Notes: a model not told the origin generated them from the letters alone. A stretch of 64,000 bases of DNA from a virus (IMGVR_UViG_2836862175_000007:13538-77537), one strand, 5' to 3'; positions 19,807 through 29,875 are shown, numbered from the stretch's first letter. Translations and numbers: made by a program.

Positions 19807-20967
19807 CTATTGCACCACCAGCCCGACCGCGTGGAGGACCGCCGCCTTGTCGGTGGTCAGCCCGATCACCGCCCGGCCGTCGCCGCCGAGCTTGGTTTCC
19901 TTTTTGCCGCTCCCGTGTGGGCCGCACCAGGGGCTCTCGTACTTGTCCGCCGGGTCGAGCCGGCCGTCCGGCCGGACCCTCATGAACGTCACCCGAATGC
20001 CGTCCACGAACTTGTTCGACTTCACGGTCAGCCCGCCGACCGCGTACCCCGGCCGGGCCATCACCCGCTGCTGGCCGTGATCCGGCCAGTCCCGGTCGAA
20101 CAGCGGCCACAGGCCGCCCAAGCAGCTCTCGCCGTCCCACCCGCCGACCGAGTAGTCGAACCCGACGACCGGCTTGCCGCCCTCCACCGTCCACCGTTTG
20201 AACTTGTGCGGCTCCGGGATGCCGGCCATCTCCGTCTCCTCGCCGGTGCCGGGGCTGGCCCACAGCTCCTTCGGGGGCGCGGGCGGCGGGGTCCGGAGCT
20301 TGGCCGTCTCCTCCGCCGTCCACGCCCGGGCGGCCGTGATCGGGAACCGGGTCGTCCCGAGGACCACCGAGTTCGACACCTTGAACGTCTTGCGGAACGC
20401 GACCCCGTACCCGTGCTCCTCCCGGATGACGTACAACTCGGCGTCCTTCGGCAACTCCCCGGTCCACGGCCCGCGGTAGGCAACTTCCATCTCGATGGTC
20501 CCGGCCCGGTCCCCGCCGGGCGACTGGATCGGAACGCGCATGTCCTTGCCGTTGGCCAAGCGGATGACGACCGTCATGCCGCCGTTGGGACCGTCGGCCA
20601 CCTTCTCCCAGTCCAGCATGAGGGCCTGCCCGCTGCCGGGCCGCGGGCCGAACCGGGTCGGCTTCGGGGTGCCGATGCGGGGGTTGGACAGCTTGTAGAC
20701 GGTGTCGGTTTTCCGCGGCCGCAGCGGGGCGGCCGAGGTGTCGGCCGGCAGAAACGCCTCGCCGAGTTCGGGGCCGTACAGCGCCGCGCTGGGTTCCGCG
20801 GGGGCCGGCGTGCCGGCGGGGGCCGGAGTGCCGGCGGCTGCCGGAGTGGCGGCGGCACCCGCATTCTCGGTCCGGGCCGGGTCCGGGACTTTTTTGCCAC
20901 AGCCGGCCGCGAGAGCGACGGCCGCCACAGTGGCGACGAGGAAGCGGTTCCGGGAAGGGAGGCGCAC
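19807..20967 (-). CDS. lipoprotein with beta-prism/lectin-like C-terminus
   Basis: Lipobox LAAGC; GYAVGGL..VDGI..F; SPWCG; VIGL. Confidence 0.7.
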   Translation of the reverse strand: MRLPSRNRFLVATVAAVALAAGCGKKVPDPARTENAGAAATPAAAGTPAPAGTPAPAEPSAALYGPELGEAFLPADTSAAPLRPRKTDTVYKLSNPRIGTPKPTRFGPRPGSGQALMLDWEKVADGPNGGMTVVIRLANGKDMRVPIQSPGGDRAGTIEMEVAYRGPWTGELPKDAELYVIREEHGYGVAFRKTFKVSNSVVLGTTRFPITAARAWTAEETAKLRTPPPAPPKELWASPGTGEETEMAGIPEPHKFKRWTVEGGKPVVGFDYSVGGWDGESCLGGLWPLFDRDWPDHGQQRVMARPGYAVGGLTVKSNKFVDGIRVTFMRVRPDGRLDPADKYESPWCGPHGSGKKETKLGGDGRAVIGLTTDKAAVLHAVGLVVQ

Positions 20968-21166
20968 GGCTTTTCCTCTCGTGCAGGGTGAGGGAATCCG
21001 CCGCCTATCGTACTCGCCTTCACGCAAACGGCATCGAGCGAAGGTTATCGGCTCGATCACGTAGGCGCCCGTCCACTTCACACCTGCCCACCCGTCGGGT
21101 AACCTCTGAGCGCGGGCGGCGCGCGGGCCGGAGCCCGCGGTTCACACCGCCCGCTCGGGTCTGCCC

Positions 21167-21613
21167 ATGCGCACGTGCCTCTTCGTCCTCTCGCTCGCCC
21201 TTCTCACCTCCGGTTGTAAACCGAAGTCGGCGCCGACACCACCTCCCGCCGTTGCACAGCAACAACCGGAGCACGACCCACGATCCGCGCCCGCGCCGCA
21301 CGTCGCACCGGGCGATAAGCCCGAAAAGTCCGAAAAGCCCAAGAAAGACGATAAGCCCGACTTGGGCCTACCTTGGTCCGAAGGCACCGCGAACAAGAAG
21401 CTGATCGGGCTGACGGACGACGAAGTGAAGGCGCTGATTGGCAAACCTGATCACGTGAGCCCTTCTTCGGATCTTCAGTTCACCGAGTGGCGATACACTC
21501 AAAACAAGTGGCTGAGCCCGCCGGAAGGCTCAACTGACTTGCGACCCACAGGGTTTGTCCTTTGCATGCGGGGTGGGAAGGCGAGGCAAATTTACCGCCT
21601 CCCCCCGTATTAG
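21167..21613 (+). CDS. lipoprotein, SmpA/BamE-like C-terminus, variant 1
   Basis: Lipobox LTSGC; GLTDDEVKALIGKP. Confidence 0.8.
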   Translation: MRTCLFVLSLALLTSGCKPKSAPTPPPAVAQQQPEHDPRSAPAPHVAPGDKPEKSEKPKKDDKPDLGLPWSEGTANKKLIGLTDDEVKALIGKPDHVSPSSDLQFTEWRYTQNKWLSPPEGSTDLRPTGFVLCMRGGKARQIYRLPPY

Positions 21614-22120
21614 ATTACCCCGCCCGGCTGCTGATACAGTGGGTCGGTAAACAGCAGTTGGAACGGGAACGAATCGAAGCTCGGGTGCCGGCCCGCATCC
21701 GAGCCGAGTGTGGGCTCCGTGGCGGTGTAGTAGTACCGCCGATCGCTGTAGTTGATGAGCAGGTTGTGCCCCGCCGCAACGCGGTTCCGGTTCGCCGTCA
21801 ACAGCGGGTTCGACGAGTCGGGCACGTCTGTGCCCTCCCGCGAGGTGTACAGGAACCGCAGCTTCACGTTGCACAGCAGCCCGGCGTCGGCACCGGTTTC
21901 CAGCCCCTGCGTGTACAGCTTCGCATCGGGCGTCACCGGGATGTAGCTCGTCGGCGTCGCCCCCAGGAACAGCAAGGAGCCGGCACCGAACCCCAGGAAC
22001 GGGTACTGGTTGATGGTGTTCTGGAACCGCGTCAAATAGGGCTTTGAATCGCCGTACTGCTGGAAGTACCGGAACGGAACCATGAACCAGTTCAGCTCAA
22101 TCATCCCGTTCGGAAGGTAC
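21610..22120 (-). pseudogene. duplicated 3' part of tail gene 22768-23913
   Basis: 164 aa nearly identical to the C-terminus of the full gene. Confidence 0.85.
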
Positions 22121-22227
22121 AGGTACGATCGGGCCGGCGGGGCCGGCGCTCGCCGCGCTGGTGTGCCTCTTCAGACAGCCGTCGTGACACCCGTCGCCAC
22201 CGCCTGCGCACCAAAGTGACCATTCGA

Positions 22228-23278
22228 CCACTTCACACCTGCCCACCCATCGGATAACCTCTGAGCGCGGGCGGCGCGCGGGCCGGACGCCCGCGGTTCA
22301 CACCGCCCGCTCGGGTCTGCCCATGCGCACGTGCCTCTTCGTCCTCTCGCTCGCCCTTCTCACCTCCGGTTGTAAACCGAAGTCGGCGCCGACACCACCT
22401 CCCGCCGTTGCACAGCAACAACCGGAGCACGACCCACGATCCGCGCCCGCGCCGCACGTCGCACCGGGCGATAAGCCCGAAAAGTCCGAAAAGCCCAAGA
22501 AAGACGATAAGCCCGACTTGGGGTTGCCGTGGAGCGAGGGCACGGCCACAAAGAAGCTGATCGGGCTGACGGACGATGAGGTGAAGGCGCTGTTGGGAAA
22601 GCCGAACTCATCAGGTCTGGATACCGACGGAATTCACACCCTCTGGATCTATTGGGAGCCGAAATGGCTGAAGCCCACAGAGTCGTCGATTGATCGTTCC
22701 CCTACTGGGATGTTTATTCAGTTGAAAGATGGGATCGTCCGTGGTGTGCAACGGCGACCGAATTAGATCAAATCGCCCCGCCCGGTTGTTGGTACAGAGG
22801 GTCGGTGAACAGTAGCTGGAACGGGAACGAATCGAAGCTCGGGTGCCGGCCCGCATCCGAGCCGGGTGTGGGCTCCGTGACGGTGTAGTAGTACCGTCGA
22901 TCGCTGTAGTTGATGAGCAGGTTGTGCCCCGCCGCAACGCGGTTCCGGTTCGCCGTCAACAGCGGGTTCGACGAGTCGGGCACGTCTGTGCCCTCCCGCG
23001 AGGTGTACAGGAACCGCAGCTTCACGTTGCACAGCAGCCCGGCGTCGGCACCGGTTTCCAGCCCCTGCGTGTACAGCTTCGCATCGGGCGTCACCGGGAT
23101 GTAGCTCGTCGGCGTCGCCCCCAGGAACAGCAAGGAGCCGGCACCGAACCCCAGGAACGGGTACTGGTTGATGGTGTTCTGGAACCGCGTCAAATAGGGC
23201 TTTGAATCGCCGTACTGCTGGAAGTACCGGAACGGAACCATGAACCAGTTCAGCTCAATCATCTCGTTCGGAAGGTAC
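22228..23278. repeat. direct repeat copy B
   Basis: See copy A. Confidence 0.95.
22323..22766 (+). CDS. lipoprotein, SmpA/BamE-like C-terminus, variant 2
   Basis: N-terminal ~92 aa nearly identical to variant 1; C-terminus divergent. Confidence 0.8.
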   Translation: MRTCLFVLSLALLTSGCKPKSAPTPPPAVAQQQPEHDPRSAPAPHVAPGDKPEKSEKPKKDDKPDLGLPWSEGTATKKLIGLTDDEVKALLGKPNSSGLDTDGIHTLWIYWEPKWLKPTESSIDRSPTGMFIQLKDGIVRGVQRRPN

Positions 23279-23913
23279 GCGTAGACCTGCCCGGTGTAGT
23301 TGCGGTTGTGTGGTGCAACGGTTCCGGTCTGCGTTTTGAACATCATCGAACCCAGGCTCGCGGACACCGTTTCGCCGGTCGGCGTGCGCGTGAGCGTCGT
23401 GAACCGCCGCCACTCCTCCGCGTAGGTGACCGTTTTGCCCGCGCTGCCGTCGGGTGGGTAGTACGTCAGGTCGCTCTTGACCGCGATGTTCTCGTTCTTC
23501 ACCAGCGGGTACGGCCGCTTCTGGAAGCGGACCTTCAGGTCGTACGCGGTCCAGTGGGGGTACTGCACCGTCACCGCCGACAGCCCGGTGGGCTTCGAGT
23601 CGGCCGCCTGGCTCTTGCCGATGCCGGAAATCGTGATCGCGGAGGCGGACAGTTCCGGCCGGAACGGGTGAACGACAGGGAGCACGCGGTTGATCTTGCC
23701 CGCCTCCGCGTACTGTTGGCCGACGACACGCGCCTTCAGGTTCAGCACGCCGCCCAGGAAGCCGTCAACCACGGTGCGCAGCGTGTCCGCGTCCGGGGGC
23801 TGGTCCTGCGTGTCACCGATGATGCGGTACGTCGCCTCGGCGGACCCATCTTCCTGCGAAATTGCGGTGGACATACGCTCGCTGTCGCCGGTCAGCTCCA
23901 TCATCAGTGCCAT
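22768..23913 (-). CDS. putative tail tip/distal tail protein
   Basis: Directly after tape measure; beta-rich; assigned by position. Confidence 0.6.
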   Translation of the reverse strand: MALMMELTGDSERMSTAISQEDGSAEATYRIIGDTQDQPPDADTLRTVVDGFLGGVLNLKARVVGQQYAEAGKINRVLPVVHPFRPELSASAITISGIGKSQAADSKPTGLSAVTVQYPHWTAYDLKVRFQKRPYPLVKNENIAVKSDLTYYPPDGSAGKTVTYAEEWRRFTTLTRTPTGETVSASLGSMMFKTQTGTVAPHNRNYTGQVYAYLPNEMIELNWFMVPFRYFQQYGDSKPYLTRFQNTINQYPFLGFGAGSLLFLGATPTSYIPVTPDAKLYTQGLETGADAGLLCNVKLRFLYTSREGTDVPDSSNPLLTANRNRVAAGHNLLINYSDRRYYYTVTEPTPGSDAGRHPSFDSFPFQLLFTDPLYQQPGGAI

Positions 23914-23914
23914 C

Positions 23915-25159
23915 TCAGCTCCCCCCAAACATCGCGCCGCGCAGTCCGCCGGCCGCGAACCGGGTCAGCAACCCGGCCGCGCCGGCCGCCCCGCCCCCGC
24001 GTCGGCTCCCGCCGCTGCTGGCGTCACCCATTCCGACGAAATCCAGCAGCGCCGCCGGCCCGGGCGGCAGGGCGTCGCGGACCGCGTCGGTTATCATCTG
24101 CTTCCAGTTCAACGGGTTCGCCTGGATCTGCCCCACCACCTTCACAAGGTCTTCCAGGTACTCGGTGTCCGTCTGTTTGGTGGTGGCGCCCGAGGTCGCG
24201 ACAAACGCCCGCTCGTTCAGCCGCTTCAGCACGTCCTCGATCGAACCCGTGCCGGCGTCGGACGGCGCCGCGGTGAGGCCGCTTTTGGGCGCCTTTCGGG
24301 CGTCAACTGCGCCCTGCAGCGAGTCCTTGAACCGCTTCAGCGACTCGGTGGCACCCGCCAGTTGTAGCAGCCGCGCGGTCGCGATTACGAGGGCGGTGAC
24401 GAGCTTCCGGAACGCCTCGGCGGTGAACTTGAGCAGCTCCCGGTTCAGATCGTTCTTCACGCCCAAGAGCTGCCCGAGGCCGGACGCCGCCAGCACGTCC
24501 GTAATGGCCTGCTGGACCTCGCCGAACGCCGCGGCCGTCGAGACCAGGCTCTCGATCACCGGCAGCACGCCCTCGAGCCCCTTGGCGAAGCCGTCGATGA
24601 GCTTCCCCACCAGGCGGACCGGGCCGATCAGGTACCCGCTCACGGCCGCCGAGATGCGTTCCACCACCGGGCGCAGTTGCTGGATCGACGGGAGCAGGAT
24701 GCCGGCCCAGTCTTTGAGCGATTTGGTCGCGTACGCGATGATCGGCTGCAGCCCGTACCCGATGGTCGCGCGCAGGTCGTTCTGCGCCCGATCGTACTGC
24801 TCGACGGCGGACGGGTTGAGGGCGCCGACGTACGACGCCGACGCCTGAACGACGCCGACGATCGCCATCGGGATCGCGGTGAGCGCGGCGACCACGCCGC
24901 TGACGACCGCGCCGGCGACGCCCAGCACCTTGCCGAACTTGCCGACGAACCCGCCGATCATCTCGAGCGGGTTCGTTCCTTTACCCTTACCACCGCCAGC
25001 GCCCCCGCCCCCCGCGCTGGGGAGCTTGGGTCCCGGCGCCTTCAGCCCCTTCAGTTGCCCGTTGATCTGACCGACGGCGCCCTGAATCAGCTTCAGGGTG
25101 CCGAGCTGTTGCGCGGTGAGCCGGGTGAGGGCCTCAAGCTGTTGGTCCGGTGTCGCCAT
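23915..25159 (-). CDS. short tape measure protein
   Basis: Ala/Gly/Leu-rich helical 414 aa after the chaperone pair. Confidence 0.7.
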   Translation of the reverse strand: MATPDQQLEALTRLTAQQLGTLKLIQGAVGQINGQLKGLKAPGPKLPSAGGGGAGGGKGKGTNPLEMIGGFVGKFGKVLGVAGAVVSGVVAALTAIPMAIVGVVQASASYVGALNPSAVEQYDRAQNDLRATIGYGLQPIIAYATKSLKDWAGILLPSIQQLRPVVERISAAVSGYLIGPVRLVGKLIDGFAKGLEGVLPVIESLVSTAAAFGEVQQAITDVLAASGLGQLLGVKNDLNRELLKFTAEAFRKLVTALVIATARLLQLAGATESLKRFKDSLQGAVDARKAPKSGLTAAPSDAGTGSIEDVLKRLNERAFVATSGATTKQTDTEYLEDLVKVVGQIQANPLNWKQMITDAVRDALPPGPAALLDFVGMGDASSGGSRRGGGAAGAAGLLTRFAAGGLRGAMFGGS

Positions 25160-25502
25160 CGGTTACGGCCCCCAGTCGGCGCTTCAGTTCCTCGATCTGC
25201 TCCGGCGGCACGCCCAGCGCCGGCCCGAGCGCGATCAGTTGGGCCAGTCGCGCCGTCCGGTCGGCCGGCTCGTCCCCGGCCCCTTCCGGGAGTTGGATCG
25301 CCCCGTCCCGGTCCCGCGGGTGGAAGTACAACTCGTGGACCTGGCGCGGGGTCAGGTCTAGCACCTCGTGCATCCGCAGCCGGTGGACGTTCACGAGGAC
25401 GGCGTACCGGGCGGTCAGCGCCCCCGGCGTCCTCACCGGCGCTTCGGGCGCGGCCGGTCGCCCCGCGGCTCCGGCGCCGGCCGCGGGGGCGATCCTTTTG
25501 GG
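25134..25502 (-). CDS. tail assembly chaperone, -1 frameshift extension (gpT-like)
   Basis: -1 frame entered at C-CCA-AAA; VLDLTPRQV motif. Confidence 0.7.
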   Translation of the reverse strand, partial: PKRIAPAAGAGAAGRPAAPEAPVRTPGALTARYAVLVNVHRLRMHEVLDLTPRQVHELYFHPRDRDGAIQLPEGAGDEPADRTARLAQLIALGPALGVPPEQIEELKRRLGAVTDGDTGPTA

Positions 25503-25900
25503 AAGCTCAGCTCCACCGCCTCGTCGAGCAGCTCGCGCACGTCCGCCTCGCGCTCGGTGAGGAGCTGGAGCACCTCCCCCAGGTCGGCGTCCATCATGCA
25601 CGAGAGCAGCAGCGCGGCGCCCTCGGTGGTGCCCAGGTGCGCCAGCGTCTTCTCGCTGGAGAACGCGAACTCGCCGGCCTCGTGCCGCGCCCGCAGCTTC
25701 GCCACCTCGGCCGCGTACTCCGCGTCCGCGTACAGCTCGCGGGCGCCCTTCAGCGCCGCCCGGGCGCGCTCGTACAGCCGCTCCTCCACCCGGAGCAGCG
25801 TGCCCTCGGTCATGACGGGCGCGACGCGGTACGTCTTGCCCCGGTGTTCGATCACCTTCGGCGGGTTCAGCGCGCCGAAGGCTGCCGCGCGTTCGCTCAT
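25433..25900 (-). CDS. tail assembly chaperone (gpG-like)
   Basis: Between tail tube and tape measure; ends near slippery site ..SFPK. Confidence 0.7.
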   Translation of the reverse strand: MSERAAAFGALNPPKVIEHRGKTYRVAPVMTEGTLLRVEERLYERARAALKGARELYADAEYAAEVAKLRARHEAGEFAFSSEKTLAHLGTTEGAALLLSCMMDADLGEVLQLLTEREADVRELLDEAVELSFPKGSPPRPAPEPRGDRPRPKRR

Positions 25901-25911
25901 ACCGGCTCCGG

Positions 25912-26289
25912 TCAGGTGAAGTTGATGGTGAACTCGCCGTCGGTCTCGAACCCGACGGAGCACTGGGCCGGGTCCCCCCCGGCGCTGATCTCGCTGCTGT
26001 ACTCGATGGTGGACACCCGGGCGTTGACGGCGAGCTCCACGCCCGCCGCGAACCCCAGGTGCAGCACCACCAGGGCGCCGAGCGCGAGCGGCATGTTGCC
26101 CGCGTTGTACGGCCCCTCGCACACCGGCGCGCCCGCGACCCCGCCGGGCAGCGTGCGCTGGAAGTTGTGCCCGAAGGCGAAGAACTTCTTCACGCCCCCG
26201 TCGAGCGGCAGGCGCCACTTGTTGAAGCTGAACGCGACCGCGCCGAGCTTCACGTAACTGTTGTTGCCGCTGATAAAGTTGTCCGGCAT
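25912..26289 (-). CDS. major tail tube protein
   Basis: 125 aa beta-rich, ISGNNSYV..W..; position before chaperone. Confidence 0.7.
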   Translation of the reverse strand: MPDNFISGNNSYVKLGAVAFSFNKWRLPLDGGVKKFFAFGHNFQRTLPGGVAGAPVCEGPYNAGNMPLALGALVVLHLGFAAGVELAVNARVSTIEYSSEISAGGDPAQCSVGFETDGEFTINFT

Positions 26290-26296
26290 GGGCCCC

Positions 26297-26800
26297 TCAC
26301 GTGTGGCCGATGATGACGATGGTCACCGTCGCGGCGTCGGCCCCGGCGTTGGCGACCTTCAGCGTCCTGTGCGTACCGCCGACGGCCCCGCCGCCGCCGG
26401 CCGGGGCGCCCATCTTTACGACCGACTCGCCCGCGCCGAGCGCGACCGCCCCGGCCCCGGCGAGCCACTGGAACCCGTTCGCGTCCCCCGGCCCGACGCG
26501 GACGGCGATGTCGCTGTTGTCCGGGTCGGCCGGCTCGGCCCGCGCGATCAGCCCCAGCACCGCGGCGAGCGCGACACCGGTCTGACCGGTCAGGTCGGTG
26601 AAGTTCGTCAGATCGATCGTTGCGGCGCCGCCCCCCGCGACGGTGAGGACGCCGGCGTACGCCTGGTCCCACGCGGCCGGGTCGAGGGCGCCGCCGAACG
26701 CGACCTGGTTGGTCCCCTGCTCCAGGGCCGCCCAGCCGGCCACCGGCCGGGCGAACGAGAAGCGGCAGGCGGCACTGAGGCTGACGGCGTCGAGCGGCAT
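26297..26800 (-). CDS. virion structural protein, unknown
   Basis: Tightly packed in neck/tail operon; IDLTNFTD motif. Confidence 0.6.
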   Translation of the reverse strand: MPLDAVSLSAACRFSFARPVAGWAALEQGTNQVAFGGALDPAAWDQAYAGVLTVAGGGAATIDLTNFTDLTGQTGVALAAVLGLIARAEPADPDNSDIAVRVGPGDANGFQWLAGAGAVALGAGESVVKMGAPAGGGGAVGGTHRTLKVANAGADAATVTIVIIGHT

Positions 26801-26802
26801 GG

Positions 26803-27183
26803 TCACAGGTCCAGCAGGGTGCGGATCTCGATCCCCGTTGCGGCCGCGGTGGTCACGTACCCCGCGGTCACGGCGCCCGCGGTCCCGACGAACGGGTACG
26901 CCACCCCGCTGTCCCGCACCCAGCAGAACGGGGCGCCGGGCTTGAGGGCGATGGTGTCCGTCGGGCTGCCGCTGCTGTTCAGCTTCAGCGTGCAGTCCGC
27001 GTCGACCACGATGAAGATCGCGAGCAGCTTGGCCGCGGCCCATTCGAGGTCGATCAACTGGTGGGTCACGGTCCCGAGCCCGAGCGAAAAGTTCTGCTCG
27101 ATCCCGCCGGTCTTGCTCACGGCGGTGCCGATCAGGTCGCCACCCGCGCCCCAGGTCAGGCTAATCGAATGCGTAAACGGCAT
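26803..27183 (-). CDS. virion structural protein, unknown
   Basis: 126 aa beta-rich, operonic. Confidence 0.6.
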   Translation of the reverse strand: MPFTHSISLTWGAGGDLIGTAVSKTGGIEQNFSLGLGTVTHQLIDLEWAAAKLLAIFIVVDADCTLKLNSSGSPTDTIALKPGAPFCWVRDSGVAYPFVGTAGAVTAGYVTTAAATGIEIRTLLDL

Positions 27184-27184
27184 C

Positions 27185-27646
27185 TCAGGTGCTCCGGGGT
27201 TCCACGACCGCCACGTTGAACGTTTGTGCCGAGTAATCGAGGTCGCGCGGGATCAGGCTGCCGTCGAACGGGGCCTTCCCGATCGTCGCCGTGAACAGCC
27301 ACCCGGGGACGGTCGCGAAACACCCCCGGGAGTCGCCCACGGCCTGCTCGATGAGCGTGCGCCACTCCCGCACCCGCTCGCCGTCCGCCAGCACGCGCCC
27401 GTCGCCCGCTCCGATGATGACGACGGTGGTCGGGTAGCGGTTGATCTTGTGCCGGTACGTGAGAATCGTCGTCTGCCCCTCTTCGCCGCCCTCGCCCACG
27501 CACACGGCGATGAACGGCGGGTCCACCCCGCTCGGCAGGCTCGGGGTCTTGAGCTTCTGCACCTTGTTGCCGGGCACGAGGTTCAGCGCCCGGACGGCGG
27601 CCACCACGGCGTCGGCGATCAGGTTCGGGCTCACCGGGTTCGGCAC
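27185..27646 (-). CDS. putative tail terminator/completion protein
   Basis: Size and position; IADAVVAAV start; P.IAV motif. Confidence 0.55.
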   Translation of the reverse strand: MPNPVSPNLIADAVVAAVRALNLVPGNKVQKLKTPSLPSGVDPPFIAVCVGEGGEEGQTTILTYRHKINRYPTTVVIIGAGDGRVLADGERVREWRTLIEQAVGDSRGCFATVPGWLFTATIGKAPFDGSLIPRDLDYSAQTFNVAVVEPRST

Positions 27647-27650
27647 GGGC

Positions 27651-27998
27651 TCACCTCTTCCTCGTGACCGGGCACCGCACGATGCGGCCCGCCACCTCGT
27701 TCACCTCGGCAACCACCCACACCGTGCCGTCGCCTTCGGTGATCCGGTCCACCGGCTTCAGCACGAACCCGAGCCGGTCCGTGCGGAGCCAGAACTCGTT
27801 CTGCGTGGTGTGGACCTCGCCCGACCGGGCCGGCCCGGTGGAGCCCTTGCGGATCAGCTTCGCGGCTGTAACCCCCGTTACAGTGACCGCCGCTACCCCG
27901 CTGATGGCATCGACGCTCGCCACCGCGACCGGGGCGGTTCCCTGCGCGAGCGCCTCAAAGTCGGCGCCGAAGTCGATGCCGTCCAGTTCGTCGGCCAC
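27651..27998 (-). CDS. putative head closure protein
   Basis: LKPVDRITEGDGTVWVV beta-barrel pattern; position. Confidence 0.6.
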   Translation of the reverse strand: MADELDGIDFGADFEALAQGTAPVAVASVDAISGVAAVTVTGVTAAKLIRKGSTGPARSGEVHTTQNEFWLRTDRLGFVLKPVDRITEGDGTVWVVAEVNEVAGRIVRCPVTRKR

Positions 27999-28000
27999 GG

Positions 28001-28228
28001 CTACCTCACGATGCTGGTCTGGGTGAACACGGGGTTGGTGTCCGGGGCGGCCCCGGGGATGGCCCGCAGGCTCTTCTCCTGGTCCAGCAGGCTCTCGTAG
28101 TAGGTCTTGCGGTCCACCCGCACGCCCCCGGGGAGCGTGTAGTCCGGCAGCGGGTTCGCCAGCACCTCGGCGATCTTCGCGCACACGTCGCGGTACGCGG
28201 CCTGCAAGTTCTGAAGGGGCGTCGGCAT
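28001..28228 (-). CDS. head-tail adaptor (gpW-like)
   Basis: 75 aa helix-hairpin-helix, DYTLPGGVRVDR. Confidence 0.65.
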   Translation of the reverse strand: MPTPLQNLQAAYRDVCAKIAEVLANPLPDYTLPGGVRVDRKTYYESLLDQEKSLRAIPGAAPDTNPVFTQTSIVR

Positions 28229-28333
28229 GGGCGACCTCGTACCAACTCGTGTGAGTGAGAAACCGCTGACGGCGCGTGTGTTCGCGGGGCGACCGATCGC
28301 CCGGCCCCGCGAGCACCCAGTTCCACCCCCACC

Positions 28334-28624
28334 TCAGTCCGGCAGCTCGGTCGCCACCACCCGGACGCCCGCGCCGTCCACGTCGCCCGGGTCGATGCCC
28401 TCCGCCCGCAGGTACTCGCCCACGGCGCTGTCGCGGTCCGGGGCGAGCACGTACCGCTGGGTGCGTGCCCCGAAGGGGTGCCCTTCCAGACGCAGCTTGA
28501 ACCGCTTGAGCCCCTCCCCCGCCCGCTCGGTCGGATCGCACACCCGCGCGCCGGGCTTCGGGGCGGGCGGTTCGCCCTTCGCGTGCCCCGCCCGCGCGCC
28601 CGCCTTCTTGGTCTCGTCGGCCAT
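28334..28624 (-). CDS. hypothetical phage protein
   Basis: Follows capsid gene; start MADETKK. Confidence 0.6.
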   Translation of the reverse strand: MADETKKAGARAGHAKGEPPAPKPGARVCDPTERAGEGLKRFKLRLEGHPFGARTQRYVLAPDRDSAVGEYLRAEGIDPGDVDGAGVRVVATELPD

Positions 28625-28664
28625 AATCGGTTCCCGTGGTGTCTGTTTTCCCGGTGCCCGCACC

Positions 28665-29870
28665 TCACGCGGTGCATTTGCACATGCGGCGCGGCTGGAC
28701 CGTGTTGAACGTGCTGCGCTTGGACACTTTGCTCTGGAAGATGATGTCCTGATCGAACTCCAGTTGGCTGCCGGCGCCCATCGTGGTGACCGTCAGCGGC
28801 CAGTTCTCGATCTGCTCGAAGGCGCCGCCCAGGTCGCCCAGGAACCACGTGGTGTCGGACCCGGACACGGCCCGGAACAACTGGCTGCTCATCACCTGGA
28901 TCTGCCCGATGATGTCGCCGGTCGGGTTCGGGATCTCGCTGCCCACCGGGTTCCCCGAGGTCGCGTACCCCGGGGCGGTGCGGCGCACCATCCCCTTGAG
29001 CGCGAACGGCACGGTGAACGCCAGCGCCGGCGGCACGCAGATGTGCTTGACCGTGACGTTCTGCGGCTCGCCCGTGGCCGGGTCCAGGATCTCGACGAGG
29101 GCCTGCCACGCGGCCTGCACGTCCGTGTAATCGACCAACGCGTTGGCCGTCACCAGGTTGTCCCAGGTGTGCGCGCCGCTGTTGTCCCCGTAGGTGGGGA
29201 TCGGCCCCAGGTTGCGCCACCGGTACCGGTACTGGTTCTTGGGGGTTTCGCCGGCGTCCACCACGCAGGTGATGGCCCGCTTCTCGTCGCTCACCCCCTG
29301 CCACTCGCCCAGGGAGTCGAGCTTGGTCATGAACTCGCCGGTCTGGTCGAAGAACACCGCCTCCTTCGTCGCTCGCGCGATCATCCCGCGCTTGCGGGTC
29401 TCCGGGGTGTCGGTCCAGTCCTCGCCGACGCCCACCTCCGGGTACGGCTTCCCCTCCTCCACCACGTCGCTCTCGTCCCCGACGTGGGTGACGCCCGCGA
29501 TGCGCTCGAACTTGAACTTGCTGGGCCGGGTCGGGATGGCGTTCACGAAGACGCGGGCGGGCACGTCGTAGGCGGCCAGCACCCGCTCGTAGGCGAACTG
29601 CTGGGTGATGTTGAGGAACGCCGCGGTGCTGTTGGCCCCGGCGGCCTCCTCCACCCGGGCGCGCTGGAGCACCCCGTGCGCGCGCTCGGCGCAGTCGCCC
29701 AGGTTCTTGCGGCAGTGGTTGAAGTTGTTCCACCCGAAGCACTCGACGAACAGGTCGCCGAGGTCCAGGTCTTCGGTGCGGATCGCGCCCCCGCGGAGCG
29801 AGGCCCGCAGCCCGGCCTCCGTCTCCGCCGGGTGCCGCTTGTACGATTCGACCAGTTTGGCAGTGTTCAT
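28665..29870 (-). CDS. major capsid protein (Mu gpT-like HK97 fold)
   Basis: VEEGKPYPE, TKEAVFFDQTG, ICVPPAL, SDTTWFLGD, FDQDI. Confidence 0.85.
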   Translation of the reverse strand: MNTAKLVESYKRHPAETEAGLRASLRGGAIRTEDLDLGDLFVECFGWNNFNHCRKNLGDCAERAHGVLQRARVEEAAGANSTAAFLNITQQFAYERVLAAYDVPARVFVNAIPTRPSKFKFERIAGVTHVGDESDVVEEGKPYPEVGVGEDWTDTPETRKRGMIARATKEAVFFDQTGEFMTKLDSLGEWQGVSDEKRAITCVVDAGETPKNQYRYRWRNLGPIPTYGDNSGAHTWDNLVTANALVDYTDVQAAWQALVEILDPATGEPQNVTVKHICVPPALAFTVPFALKGMVRRTAPGYATSGNPVGSEIPNPTGDIIGQIQVMSSQLFRAVSGSDTTWFLGDLGGAFEQIENWPLTVTTMGAGSQLEFDQDIIFQSKVSKRSTFNTVQPRRMCKCTA

Positions 29871-29875
29871 AGGTA

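Larger units (their letters stand above)
21073..22120. repeat. direct repeat copy A (~1.05 kb)
   Basis: Near-identical to 22228-23278 apart from a ~170-bp central variable segment. Confidence 0.95.
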
